From: a virus
Lineage: Duplodnaviria > Caudoviricetes
IMG/VR virus record: IMGVR_UViG_3300010048_000040
Location: 1-24,553 of that record
Length of the DNA: 24,553 bases
Reading direction: 5' to 3' (one strand)
How positions within the stretch are numbered: the first letter of the stretch is position 1; each line of letters starts with the position of its first letter. The notes beneath the pieces were generated by a model. The model did not search any database and was not told the DNA's origin. It was given only the letters and a program-made list of their open reading frames with translations. The position numbers and the translations under genes are program-made. Of the stretch, positions 1 to 9,554 are shown piece after piece.

Positions 1-564
1 GAGAAGACCGGCGATCAGGTGATCGTGCGTTTTGCCGAAAACGACTTCGAGGGCGGCACCATTGTGCAGCGCGTGCATTCCGACGTGGACAAGCCGCCGA
101 TGGTCGAGTCCGGCGAGATGGTGATGTGGACGCAATGGGGCCAGCAGATCAGGCTCAACAAGGATGGTTCGATTACGTTCAAGACTGCGGTGCCGACGCA
201 ACCGGATCAACCGGCGCAGAGTCAAGTCGCGTCGCCCGAGTTCACGCCGTCGAGCCCGCCGACGACACAAACGCCGCCACAGCCGAACAAGGATCAGAAG
301 GCGGTGACGGTAACGATCGACGCCAAGGGCAACCATACGATCGTGGCCGAGAACAACATCACCAACACCGCGACGGTGAACATCACCAACAATGCGGGCA
401 CTGATGTCACCGCCAATGCGGGCAACAACGTCAACGAGATACCCGGCGGCATCGTCAATCTCGGCGGCTACGGCGGACCGCTGGCATCGCGAATGGGTAC
501 GCCAGACACCAATGGCGATCTCGACATTCCGCCGCCGTCGTCGCAGAAAGTTCACATGGTATGA
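1..564 (+). CDS. Baseplate spike / gpV-gp45-like protein (5' partial)
   Basis: Frame is open from base 1 (EKTGDQVIVRF..DFEGG, typical of the gpV OB-fold end), followed by beta-helix-like repeats (ITNTATVNITNNAGTDVTANAG); lies upstream of wedge genes. Confidence 0.7.
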   Translation, partial: EKTGDQVIVRFAENDFEGGTIVQRVHSDVDKPPMVESGEMVMWTQWGQQIRLNKDGSITFKTAVPTQPDQPAQSQVASPEFTPSSPPTTQTPPQPNKDQKAVTVTIDAKGNHTIVAENNITNTATVNITNNAGTDVTANAGNNVNEIPGGIVNLGGYGGPLASRMGTPDTNGDLDIPPPSSQKVHMV

Positions 565-1811
565 GAACTTTCCTGATCGACTGCGTCAACAAGCGCATGG
601 CCGTTGACAACGCGGTTTATCCGATCAGCACATCGTCGTTTGCTGCCAACATCGCGCGGATCGTTTATCACTTCGCCACTGGACAAGGCAGCATCGAGTA
701 CAACGACCGGCCGCTTGTTGGCATTTCGTTCACCGATCCGTCACCATACCAACCGCAGGTCAATGCGTGGCTCACCGCCGCTGCCGCCGACCCGATGCCG
801 CTGCAACTCAGTCAAGCCGTAGCGATCAAGCAAGCGCTTGCGGCTGGCATCGGGTTATCAAAGCAAGGCGCGACGACGGCGAAGGTCGTGCCGGTGCAGT
901 TGGCGCAGAACAACAGCAGCGGCGCGCCCGGCTGGGGCAGCGGCGGCGGCTTCGGTCCCGACTACTATCAGCCTACTGGCGGCGGCAGCATCCTTGAAGC
1001 CGCTACGTCGAGCAACAGCTTCGTCTTCACCGCCGATACGCTGTGCACTGGACTGTGCTATTTCGAATTTACGGCGACATTGCCTTCGGCATTCTCGGGC
1101 ACCGGCTTCTTGACCAGCATTGCTGGCGGTTCTGGCGGCAGCCAACTTGGCGTCTGTCTCAGCGGCGACAGCCTCGGCTTTGGCTTTCTCGGTCGCAGCG
1201 CAAACAGTTGGGGTTACACCAACGGTGGCGGCAAGACTCACTCCAATGCGCAGACAGCTTACGGTGCGACCTTCACCGTCGGCGACATCATCGGCTGCGC
1301 CTTCGATGCCACGAACGGCAGGATATGGTTCTCCAAAAACGGTGTGTGGCAAGGCGGCGCGACGGCAGCCGAGATTGCCGCTGGCATCACCACACACGCG
1401 GCTTTTACCGGATTGCCGACCAGCAACATGTACCCGGCCGCGCAAGGCTGCATTTCCACGTCGGCTAGTGCTCTTTCTCCAATCGACCAGTCCAAGTTCA
1501 CGCTGAACTTCGGTCCGACCTTCGCCTATCCGCCGCCCGCAGGCTACGGGCCGCTGACATCGTTCTCGGTCGGTGCGTCGGCGATGAATCTGGCGCTCGC
1601 CGCAGGTGGCGAAACCGGCATGTCGATCACTCCGACCGGCGGCACCAGCCCGGTGAACGTCGTACCTTCCGCCGTCGTCGCCGCCGCTGCGTCGCTGTCG
1701 GTGAGTCTAGCCGCCATCACCAACGCCGACACCGCGATCAACACCAATCTTGCGGCGTGCGCGAGCATCGCCGCCGTCATTGCTTTCGATGTCACCGCAG
1801 GATGGCCATGA
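561..1811 (+). CDS. SPRY/concanavalin-like domain protein with DUF4376/tail-fibre-chaperone-like ends
   Basis: SPRY hallmarks YFEF, SWGY..GG.T, YGATFTVGDIIGCAFDATNGRIWFSKNGVWQG, YPA, LNFG..FAYPPPAGY; C-terminus ..AVIAFDVTAGWP; ATGA overlaps at both ends. Confidence 0.7.
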   Translation: MRTFLIDCVNKRMAVDNAVYPISTSSFAANIARIVYHFATGQGSIEYNDRPLVGISFTDPSPYQPQVNAWLTAAAADPMPLQLSQAVAIKQALAAGIGLSKQGATTAKVVPVQLAQNNSSGAPGWGSGGGFGPDYYQPTGGGSILEAATSSNSFVFTADTLCTGLCYFEFTATLPSAFSGTGFLTSIAGGSGGSQLGVCLSGDSLGFGFLGRSANSWGYTNGGGKTHSNAQTAYGATFTVGDIIGCAFDATNGRIWFSKNGVWQGGATAAEIAAGITTHAAFTGLPTSNMYPAAQGCISTSASALSPIDQSKFTLNFGPTFAYPPPAGYGPLTSFSVGASAMNLALAAGGETGMSITPTGGTSPVNVVPSAVVAAAASLSVSLAAITNADTAINTNLAACASIAAVIAFDVTAGWP

Positions 1812-2176
1812 GCGAAGTGGCACTGGAATGGCGTTCGGATTTTCAGCTTACCGCTGGCGGTGATCTGTTGGTTGTCGCTGGCGATGATGAAGCGCGCCAG
1901 CGCTTAGAGCGCCGCCTGTTCACGCCGCAGAAGGGTTATGTCTGGCATCCCGACTACGGAGCCGGACTGCCGCAGCGGATCGGATCGCCCTACACGATCA
2001 ACCAGATCAGGTCGATCGTATCATCGCAGGTTTATCAGGAAGCATCGGTCGCGCCGAATCCGCCCGCGCAAATCGGCATCGATGTGTCGCCGAACCAGCG
2101 CGATCTGGTCGGCATCAGCATCAAATACTGGGACGCGCAAACCGGCGTCGCCATTTCCTTCACCGTCACCGTCTGA
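1808..2176 (+). CDS. Baseplate wedge protein (gp46/gpW/gp25-like)
   Basis: MSEVALEW..GDLLVV..RQRLERRLFT..YVWHPDYGAGLP; ATG overlaps the upstream TGA; precedes baseplate J. Confidence 0.8.
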   Translation: MSEVALEWRSDFQLTAGGDLLVVAGDDEARQRLERRLFTPQKGYVWHPDYGAGLPQRIGSPYTINQIRSIVSSQVYQEASVAPNPPAQIGIDVSPNQRDLVGISIKYWDAQTGVAISFTVTV

Positions 2177-2185
2177 GGCTCGTGC

Positions 2186-3373
2186 ATGCCAACGCTGCCG
2201 ACGCAGTCGTTCTCGACGATTGTGCAGAACACCGCCGCTGGCATTCAGGGCCGGGCGGGCCAGCTACTGAACTTCTCGATCGGCTCGGTGTTCCGCGCGA
2301 TCGCCGAAGGCTTCGCGGGCATCTTCCTGTGGTTTCAGGCGCTGGTGCTGCAACTGCTCACCGCGATCCGGCTCTCGACCAGCACCGGGATCGACGTGGA
2401 CACGTTCACCGCCGACTTCATGCCGGTGCTGCCGGGCACGACATCGCCACGGCTCGGCGCGCAAGCCGCCAGCGGACAGGTAGTGCTGGCGCGGTTGACC
2501 GCCGGGCCGTCCGAAGTTGCGATCGGTGTTGGCGCGACGGTCTTGACCTTCGACAGCAGTCAGACCTACGCGGTGGTCGGCGATCCGACCTATCCGACCT
2601 TTAATTCGTTTTTTCAGGCCTACTACCTGCAACCGAATCTAGCGTCGATCGCGGTGCCGGTGAAAGCCACGGTGGCAGGATCGAGCGGCAATGTCGGCGC
2701 GGGCACGATCACTCAGCTTGGCACGACCATCACCGGCATTGACACGGTCAACAATCCGGCCGCATTCACCAACGGCGCGGATTCGGAAAGCGACGCGGCG
2801 CTGAAGCGGCGCTTCTCGGCCTACATTCTCGGGCTGTCGCGTGGCGATCTCTACGGCGTCGAATCCGCCATCATGGGCATCGGCGTTAATGTCCAGTACG
2901 AGATCGTCGAAGATTACAATCTCGACGGCTCATGGCATCCCGGTTATTTCTTTGTTGTCGCCGATGACGGCTCGGGCGCGCCGTCGCAAGACTTTCTCAA
3001 CAACGTCGCCAATGCCGTCAACGCGGTGCGACCGCTCGGCACCATGGCGGGCGTGTTTGCGCCGACCATCATTTGGGCGACCGTGTCAATGATCGTTGGC
3101 GTCGCGGCTGGCTACGACGAGCCGACCGTCGAGGGCATCGTCGCCGCGACCGTGGCACAGAACATCAATGCACTGGGGCTCGGCAACTCGCTGCAATGGT
3201 CGCAGATCGCGGGCTGGGCCTACTCGGTGGCTGGCGTCACCAACGTCACGGCGGTTCTGCTCAACAGCTTGTCCGGCGACGCCGCATCGCTGACCGCCAC
3301 CAAGACCACGCTCGACGGCTACGCGCAAATCCCCTACGCCACGATCAAGTGCTCCGAAGTGCTGGTGAGCTAG
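2186..3373 (+). CDS. Baseplate J/gp47-family protein
   Basis: GSVFRAIAE, A..AGSSGNVGAGTIT, V.NPAAFTNGADSESDAALKRRF, V.AVRPLG motifs; 395 aa. Confidence 0.9.
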   Translation: MPTLPTQSFSTIVQNTAAGIQGRAGQLLNFSIGSVFRAIAEGFAGIFLWFQALVLQLLTAIRLSTSTGIDVDTFTADFMPVLPGTTSPRLGAQAASGQVVLARLTAGPSEVAIGVGATVLTFDSSQTYAVVGDPTYPTFNSFFQAYYLQPNLASIAVPVKATVAGSSGNVGAGTITQLGTTITGIDTVNNPAAFTNGADSESDAALKRRFSAYILGLSRGDLYGVESAIMGIGVNVQYEIVEDYNLDGSWHPGYFFVVADDGSGAPSQDFLNNVANAVNAVRPLGTMAGVFAPTIIWATVSMIVGVAAGYDEPTVEGIVAATVAQNINALGLGNSLQWSQIAGWAYSVAGVTNVTAVLLNSLSGDAASLTATKTTLDGYAQIPYATIKCSEVLVS

Positions 3374-4069
3374 ATGGCGACCGGCGATTCCAACGATATT
3401 TTGAATCGCGTCAAGATGCTGATTCCGTTTCGCTGGTTCGCATGGATCGCGCCGATCCGCGACGCGATCCTCGGCGGGCTCAGCGACAACGCGGCATGGT
3501 GCTACTCGTGGATCGTCTATGCTCGCACGCAGTCGCGGCTGGCGACCGCGACCGGATTGTTTCTCGACCTGACCGCTTACGACTTTCTCGGCCGTCATTT
3601 GTTCCGCAAGAATCAGACCGACGACATTTATCGGCGCATGATCAAAGCCACGATCCTGCAAGAGCGGGTGACGCGCGCCGGGATGATCAATGCGCTGAAG
3701 TCACTGACCGGCAGCGCGCCGTGGATATTCGAGCCGTGGAACACCAACGACGCGGGCGCGTGGTCCGGTCCCACAGTGGCGCAAGCGTCGCACGGCAACT
3801 TTGCTTGGAATACCGCTGGCGGCTGGGGATCGACTGACCTGCCAGCGCAGACCTTCATGCAAGTAACGCGGGCGTCGCCGTCTGGCATCCCCAACGTCGC
3901 CGGTTGGAGTTCGACTGGCCACCTGAGCGGGCTTGGCGGCTGGGGCGTCGGTGCGATTGAACTGATCGGCCCGAGCCAGCAGCAATACGGCATCACCAAC
4001 CAGATGATCTACGACATGATCAACACGACGCGCCCGACCGGCTCGATCGCTTGGACAAGGATCAATTAA
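3374..4069 (+). CDS. Baseplate/tail protein I (gp48/DUF2313-like)
   Basis: RLATATGLFLDL..DFLG..L.R..TDD.YR..I; position between baseplate J and the tail fibre. Confidence 0.75.
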   Translation: MATGDSNDILNRVKMLIPFRWFAWIAPIRDAILGGLSDNAAWCYSWIVYARTQSRLATATGLFLDLTAYDFLGRHLFRKNQTDDIYRRMIKATILQERVTRAGMINALKSLTGSAPWIFEPWNTNDAGAWSGPTVAQASHGNFAWNTAGGWGSTDLPAQTFMQVTRASPSGIPNVAGWSSTGHLSGLGGWGVGAIELIGPSQQQYGITNQMIYDMINTTRPTGSIAWTRIN

Positions 4070-5644
4070 ATGGATCGCGCAATCGTCTATACATCGGCGC
4101 TGCCGCGCACCACCGACTTCCTCAACGCCAACAAGTTCTCGATGATGGGGCTTGCCTATGCGATGCAGGGCGTGCTCGGCAACACGCCGAACACGCCGCC
4201 GCCGCCCTATGTCCATGGCCTGATCGCGGCACCGACATCGCCAGCGACCTTGCAGATCACGATTGGCGTCGGCGGCATCTATGCGTCCGATCCGGTCGAT
4301 GCAACTGCATATTCAGATCTTGGCACCGACAGCCACAACATCGTCAAGCAGGGCATTCTCAATGATCCGGTGACGTTGACGATCACGCCGCCGGGTACGC
4401 CCGGCTACAGCCAGATTTATTTGGTCGAAGCGATCTTGGCCGACAGTGATACCGGCTCGACAGTGCTGCCGTACTACAACAGCGCCAATCCGGCCGCGCC
4501 GTATTCAGGGCCGGGCAACAACGGCACCAGCCAGTACACGATCCGATCGTGCCAGTGCGCGGTGACGCTCAAGGCCGGGGCCGCCGCGCCGACCGGCACG
4601 CAGACCGCGCCGACGCCTGACCTTGGCTATGTTGCGCTGTATCAGGTCACGGTCACTTACGGCCAGACGCAGATCACGCTGGCGAACATCGCTCAAGACC
4701 CGCATGCGCCGTTTTTTCCGACGCTGCCGTCGATGCCGTCGCACATTCAGAACGGCGACTGGATTTCCGCCGACGACACCGGCAACGCCAATGCGGTGGT
4801 GATCACTCCGGTCCCGGCGATCGCTGGTTTGCAGAAGTATCAAAAGTTCAGATTCAAAGTTAAGAACAGCAACACCGGCCCGAGCACGTTCACGGTCAAC
4901 GGCTTCAGCGGCAGTCTCTACATCGGCGGTCAGGCGACATCGGCGTTCCCCGCCAATGCGCTGCAAGCCAACGTCATTGCCGAGTGCATCTGCGACGGCA
5001 TCAATTTCGAACTGACGGCCGCGCAGTTCACCATCAACAACAACAGTTACACGACCGGCGGTCCGACCACTGGCCTTGTCAACGTGCAGGTCTTCACCAA
5101 TAGCGGCACCTACCTGCCGACAGCCGGTGCGACCAAGGCGCTGGTGTTTGCGACCGGCGGCGGTGCCAGCGGCGCAAACACCTGTCCCGGTGGTGGCGGC
5201 GGCGGCGCGGGTGAAACGAGGATCGGGCTGTTCTCGTTGTCTGGCGTGGCGTCGGAAGCGATCACGATCGGCGCTGGCGGTGCTGGCGTCGGCGTCAATA
5301 CGGTCGGCAATCCCGGCGGCAATACGTCGTTTGGAGCACTGATGACCGCCATGGGCGGTACGCCGACCAACACGACTAGCGGCCAAGGCGGACTGGGCGG
5401 CTCAGGCGGTTCGGGTGGTTTGGTCGGCATTCCCGGCGGCGACGGTTACGGCACCGAAGTTTATAACTATTCCGGGCACGGTGGCGCGTCTTTTTGGGGC
5501 GGCGGCGGTCGTGATGGTGGCGTCAGCTTTTCTGGTGCGATCATGTCTGGACGCGCACCGGGCTCAGGCGGCGCAGGCGGTCTTGGCGGTGCATGGACCG
5601 GGTTGACCGGCGCGAGCGGCATGATCGTGATTCTTGAGTTCTAA
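4070..5644 (+). CDS. Tail fibre protein with C-terminal glycine-rich domain
   Basis: Baseplate-attachment-like N-terminus; DTGNANAVVI..FKVKNSNTGPST repeat type; VQVFTNSGTY.P..GGG..G.IVILEF Gly-rich terminal domain. Confidence 0.85.
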   Translation: MDRAIVYTSALPRTTDFLNANKFSMMGLAYAMQGVLGNTPNTPPPPYVHGLIAAPTSPATLQITIGVGGIYASDPVDATAYSDLGTDSHNIVKQGILNDPVTLTITPPGTPGYSQIYLVEAILADSDTGSTVLPYYNSANPAAPYSGPGNNGTSQYTIRSCQCAVTLKAGAAAPTGTQTAPTPDLGYVALYQVTVTYGQTQITLANIAQDPHAPFFPTLPSMPSHIQNGDWISADDTGNANAVVITPVPAIAGLQKYQKFRFKVKNSNTGPSTFTVNGFSGSLYIGGQATSAFPANALQANVIAECICDGINFELTAAQFTINNNSYTTGGPTTGLVNVQVFTNSGTYLPTAGATKALVFATGGGASGANTCPGGGGGGAGETRIGLFSLSGVASEAITIGAGGAGVGVNTVGNPGGNTSFGALMTAMGGTPTNTTSGQGGLGGSGGSGGLVGIPGGDGYGTEVYNYSGHGGASFWGGGGRDGGVSFSGAIMSGRAPGSGGAGGLGGAWTGLTGASGMIVILEF

Positions 5645-5654
5645 GGAGTCGTCA

Positions 5655-6206
5655 ATGTCAGAACAGCATCTTGCGGTCGTGAAAGATGGCATGGTGGTCA
5701 ACGTCATCGTCGCGCCGCCGACGACAATGGGCGCGGCGTTCCAAGCACCGGACGGCCATCAGACGGTGGCGCTGCCGGTGAATCATGAAGTCGGCGTCGG
5801 CGACAGCTATGACGGCACCACCTTCGCCAAGCCACAGGCCAGCAAGCAAGACCTGAAAGAGCACGCGGCGCGGCTGCCGCCGGGCCTGCCGATCGGCATG
5901 CTCACGGTCGGCGACCAGACGATCAAGTTCGACGAGCTTGACCCGAGCTTTCGCAACGTGCTGCCGTATCTGATGCGCGCGGCCCAGCGCGATCCCACGC
6001 TGGTGGTCAGGGTGCCGCGCTTGAACGGCACGCTAGTGACGCTCAATGCTAGCCAGATCACTGCGCTCGAAAAGGCGCTTGGCGATCGCTACATCGCGCT
6101 GTTCGGCACCGTCGCCACCATGTTCGATCAGATCGATTCCGGTCAGTTGACCACCTACAGCGAAGTCAAAACTTACGGCAAGACGGCAACCGGACAAACG
6201 CCGTGA
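5655..6206 (+). CDS. Probable tail fibre assembly/chaperone-like protein
   Basis: AAGGAG RBS before ATG 5655; AVVKDGMVVNVIV..VGVGDSYDGTTF N-terminus, DUF4376-like second half; immediately after the fibre gene. Confidence 0.6.
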   Translation: MSEQHLAVVKDGMVVNVIVAPPTTMGAAFQAPDGHQTVALPVNHEVGVGDSYDGTTFAKPQASKQDLKEHAARLPPGLPIGMLTVGDQTIKFDELDPSFRNVLPYLMRAAQRDPTLVVRVPRLNGTLVTLNASQITALEKALGDRYIALFGTVATMFDQIDSGQLTTYSEVKTYGKTATGQTP

Positions 6207-6829
6207 GCAATGTCGGTTCAATCCCGCAAATCCCGGCTGGCACAACGATCCAGATCGTCACCAATGCCGACTGGCTGGATCAGTTCTACGTGCAGCAGCC
6301 GGGTTATCCGGCATCGCCGATCACCGCTGTCCCGGCGACGCTCAACGGCACCGTCACGGTCGTGCTCAACGGGCCGTCCGGCGTATCCACCGGCATGCTG
6401 GTGGTCGGCCACGGCATTCTGCCGGGCACGCAGGTCAGCGCGATCGCGAGCGACAATGTCACGGTGACGCTCAATCAGGCTGCCACGCTCAGTGGCACCA
6501 ACGTGCCGCTGTCATTCTACGGACCACCGCTCGATCTGACCGGCATCCGCTTTAAGTCGATGCTGCGGCCGAGCCTGCAATCGACCACGGTGCTGCTGAT
6601 CGCCTCGACCGACAACGGCCTGATGACCAACGGACTCACCGGCGGCACCTTCGGCTGGAACGTCCCGGCCGCCAAGCTGCCGACCTTCCCGATCGGCGTC
6701 ACTGGCGTCGGCATGTTGTCGTGCGCTTGCGACATTCAGGCGATCGACATTTCCACTGGCCAGACGATCAATCTGTGCGCGCAATCGGGGCCGATCCCGG
6801 TCACTGTCGCGCTACCGGAAACGAGATGA
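6203..6829 (+). CDS. Hypothetical virion/tail-associated protein
   Basis: GTGA overlap; beta-rich; GMLVVGHGILPGTQVSAI..VTLNQAAT small barrel and PLDLTG..F motif seen in phage structural proteins. Confidence 0.6.
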   Translation: MSNVGSIPQIPAGTTIQIVTNADWLDQFYVQQPGYPASPITAVPATLNGTVTVVLNGPSGVSTGMLVVGHGILPGTQVSAIASDNVTVTLNQAATLSGTNVPLSFYGPPLDLTGIRFKSMLRPSLQSTTVLLIASTDNGLMTNGLTGGTFGWNVPAAKLPTFPIGVTGVGMLSCACDIQAIDISTGQTINLCAQSGPIPVTVALPETR

Positions 6830-6833
6830 TGCC

Positions 6834-7409
6834 ATGCCGATAAACTGGCCGATCCTGCCCGGCACGCTGTTTCCTGCCGGACCGCCCGGCACACCCGGCT
6901 TGCAAGGGCCGATCGGAATTACTGGCCCGCAGGGTGTGACCGGCCCGGCCGGGCCAGCGCCATGGTCCGCGCCAACGGTATGGGCGGCGGGCAACTCGTA
7001 CACGCCCGGGCCGCCTGCGTCGCTGGTGATCAACGCGGGCAACACCTACGTCTGCATCGTCGGCCACACCAGCACATCGACGTTCAATCCAGCGTACTGG
7101 CAGCAGGTTAACGTCGTCACCAGCACCAACTATCAGGCACCGGCTACTGGCGCGACCATCACCTGCACCGGCACCGAGACTGATCTGATTGTTGATCCGG
7201 CTGGCACCATCGCGACGCTGACGATCACGCTGTCCGGCGCGGCCTATGACGGCCAGCGCATCAACATATATTTCTCGCAGACGGTCACGACGCTGACGAT
7301 CAATTCCGCTGGCGGCAAGACCGTCAAAGGTCAGCCGACCACCATGCCCGGTACGTCGCCGTCGATGACCGGCATTTATCGGGCGGTCAATAACACGTGG
7401 TACTTCTAA
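6834..7409 (+). CDS. Collagen-repeat + carbohydrate-binding (CBM5/12-like) virion protein
   Basis: About nine G-X-Y triplets (GPPGTPGLQGPIGITGPQGVTGPAGPA), then WAAGNSY..LVINAGNTYVCIVGHTS..F.PAYW. Confidence 0.7.
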   Translation: MPINWPILPGTLFPAGPPGTPGLQGPIGITGPQGVTGPAGPAPWSAPTVWAAGNSYTPGPPASLVINAGNTYVCIVGHTSTSTFNPAYWQQVNVVTSTNYQAPATGATITCTGTETDLIVDPAGTIATLTITLSGAAYDGQRINIYFSQTVTTLTINSAGGKTVKGQPTTMPGTSPSMTGIYRAVNNTWYF

Positions 7410-7999
7410 TGCCGACCGTGACGATGCGATTCTCGCGTGCCGCACCGCCGACATGGCGCGAACGCTGGCAGACCAAGACGCTGATCGACTATTCGCTGTG
7501 GATTTGCCGGTTGACGCATTCGCCGTTCTCTCATGTCGATCTCGTGCTCGACGACGGCAATCTGCTCGGATCGAGCAACAGTCCGCAGGCTCCGATCGTG
7601 CGCGGCAATGCCGCTGGCGTCGCAGTGCGCCCGCCGGACTATCAGCGCTTCTACACCCGCCGCGATGTCGTGATTCCGACCACGCCGCAGCGCAAGAAGC
7701 GCTTTGAAGCGTTCTGCGAAGCCCAGCTTGGCAAGCCGTTCGACACCGCAGCGCTAATGCCGCGCCAATGGCTGTCACCGAATTTTCACGATCGTGACTG
7801 GCATGCCAACGCCGCGTGGTGGTGCGCCGAGCTTATGACCTGCGCCACCGAAGCCGCGCCGCTGCTCGATTGGCCGATCCCCGGCATTAAAAACCGCGTC
7901 ACATGCGCCGACCTGATCCTGATCTTGGCACCGCTGTACGACTTCAGCGTTGCCATGCAGCCGATCCCCGGCTTGGAACTGGAACGGTGGGAACAATGA
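7409..7999 (+). CDS. Permuted papain-like N1pC/P60 (YiiX/YebB-like) hydrolase
   Basis: His-before-Cys order: FSHVDLV ... QLGKPFD ... WWCAEL; ATG overlaps the upstream TAA. Confidence 0.75.
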   Translation: MPTVTMRFSRAAPPTWRERWQTKTLIDYSLWICRLTHSPFSHVDLVLDDGNLLGSSNSPQAPIVRGNAAGVAVRPPDYQRFYTRRDVVIPTTPQRKKRFEAFCEAQLGKPFDTAALMPRQWLSPNFHDRDWHANAAWWCAELMTCATEAAPLLDWPIPGIKNRVTCADLILILAPLYDFSVAMQPIPGLELERWEQ

Positions 8000-8664
8000 C
8001 GCAGATCGATTACACACCCTTCGTCGAGCGCATGATCAACCGCTATGAAGGGGGTTATGGCTGGGACGCTGGCGACAGCGGCGGCCCGACCAAATACGGC
8101 ATCACCTGTTACGACCTTGCTGCTCACCGCCATGAGAAAATGACATCGATGGCGGCATGGGCTCCGATCGTGCGCGCCATGCCGTTGTCGGAAGCCGAAG
8201 ACATTTACGCCGAAAAGTATGCGGTCGAGTGCTGCTTCAATCAGCTAGGGCCGGGCAAGGATTGCACGGTGTTTGATTTCGGCGTCAACAGCGGATCGTC
8301 ACGCTCGATCCGCTATGCGCAGGGCGTTGTCGGCGTGCATCAGGACGGCGTGCTCGGGCCGGTGACGCTGGAAGCGATCAACGCGCACGATCCGCGCGAC
8401 TTCATTGTTGGGCTGTGCAATGCGCGGCTTCGCTTTCTCAAGGGTCTTGGTATCTGGTCGCGGTTCGGACGCGGCTGGGCGGCGCGGGTAGCCGATCTGC
8501 GGGTCTATTCGGTCGGGCTGCTGCCGAAGCTCGGCGTGGCCTACAAACCAAAGCCGGAAAAGCCGACGCGCAAAGGTTCGGCCAAGGAGCATCGTATCCC
8601 CAAGGCCTTCGGTAAAGGCTACGACAAAGCCGATCTGCGCGAGCTACAGGCCGCGCACCAGTGA
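7996..8664 (+). CDS. Endolysin, glycoside hydrolase family 108 with peptidoglycan-binding domain
   Basis: EGGY..D.GG.TKYGIT, FDFGVNSG, DGVLGPVTL.A, FGRGW..RV; ATGA overlap at 7996. Confidence 0.92.
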   Translation: MTQIDYTPFVERMINRYEGGYGWDAGDSGGPTKYGITCYDLAAHRHEKMTSMAAWAPIVRAMPLSEAEDIYAEKYAVECCFNQLGPGKDCTVFDFGVNSGSSRSIRYAQGVVGVHQDGVLGPVTLEAINAHDPRDFIVGLCNARLRFLKGLGIWSRFGRGWAARVADLRVYSVGLLPKLGVAYKPKPEKPTRKGSAKEHRIPKAFGKGYDKADLRELQAAHQ

Positions 8665-8795
8665 TCCCCGACGCTCGGCGGCATGATCGCCGCCTGTTCA
8701 GAACGTGCCGTAAGTGTCGGCCGTGCCTCTCCCTGCGCGTGCCGAACTGCATCGTCAGCCTGACTGACGGCGACGCCGCCGAGCACCCTTATTAG
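8661..8795 (+). CDS. Possible 44-aa Cys-containing peptide
   Basis: GTGA overlap with the lysin stop; MIPDARRHDRRLFRTCRKCRPCLSLRVPNCIVSLTDGDAAEHPY fills the intergenic gap. Confidence 0.3.
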   Translation: MIPDARRHDRRLFRTCRKCRPCLSLRVPNCIVSLTDGDAAEHPY

Positions 8796-8806
8796 AGCAG
8801 AATCCT

Positions 8807-9394
8807 ATGACAAAAGTGATCTGCATTGACATTCTCGGCATGGGCGGCTGGCATCTCGACCCGGCACGCGGCCAGTTGCAAATCGTGCGCCGTCTGCGCG
8901 ACGAAGGCGTCGATGTGGTGCCGCCGTTCGACCCGGCCGACCCGGCGATCGCATCAGCCGTTGCGGCCGAGTACAAGGCCAATCCCAGCGCGAGCTATAT
9001 GTACGTCGGCGATAGCTGCGGGGCCAATCGCTTCTCGTGGTTGCAGGCCTATCTGCCACAGATCAAGTGGCGCTATGCGGCGCTGATCCAGCCGTCGCTG
9101 TACTGCAACACCGGCTGCCCGCCGATCGGCGGCACCGTCAAGGAAGTGGACTGCTTCTTTACCGGTTTCCTGACGTGGCCGCTGCCCGGGCTCGGCTCCT
9201 ACAAACCGCAGCCAGCAGTGCCGCCGCCCGGGGGAATCAACTACAGTGCGCTGAACGTCTGCAACCACGGCATGACGACGATCATGTACTACGACCAGAG
9301 AATCCACGTGCATCCCGGCGACGACGACGCCGGAACGCAATCGATCATTCTCAAGAAGGCCCAGCAGTTGCAGGCCGAAGCGAAACCGAAATGA
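8807..9394 (+). CDS. Hypothetical protein, possible minimal alpha/beta hydrolase
   Basis: G-x-S-x-G elbow (YVGDSCGAN) after a beta strand, and a late His (HVHPGDDD). Confidence 0.55.
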   Translation: MTKVICIDILGMGGWHLDPARGQLQIVRRLRDEGVDVVPPFDPADPAIASAVAAEYKANPSASYMYVGDSCGANRFSWLQAYLPQIKWRYAALIQPSLYCNTGCPPIGGTVKEVDCFFTGFLTWPLPGLGSYKPQPAVPPPGGINYSALNVCNHGMTTIMYYDQRIHVHPGDDDAGTQSIILKKAQQLQAEAKPK

Positions 9395-9552
9395 CGATGA
9401 CGCCGCAGGACTGTCTCGTCGCGTATGCTGCCGCGCAAGAATGGTGCCGCGATCACAAGGTGCTGTTGCCGCCGGAAGCGCTTGAGCAGTTGAGCGAAGC
9501 CATCGTCATGGCGGTCGATGATGCCCGCGCCAAACGACAACAGGAGCACTGA
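9391..9552 (+). CDS. Small hypothetical protein (53 aa)
   Basis: ATGA overlap; MTMTPQDCLVAY...; ends just before the next gene. Confidence 0.55.
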   Translation: MTMTPQDCLVAYAAAQEWCRDHKVLLPPEALEQLSEAIVMAVDDARAKRQQEH

Positions 9553-9554
9553 CT

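Noticed and set aside
187-300. Pro/Gln/Thr-rich stretch in the spike gene as a repeat element
   Set aside because: It is a low-complexity protein linker with no nucleotide-level periodicity.
4070-5644. Diversity-generating retroelement or invertible tail-fibre system
   Set aside because: No reverse transcriptase, TR/VR pair or invertase is seen; the repetitiveness is explained by Gly codons.
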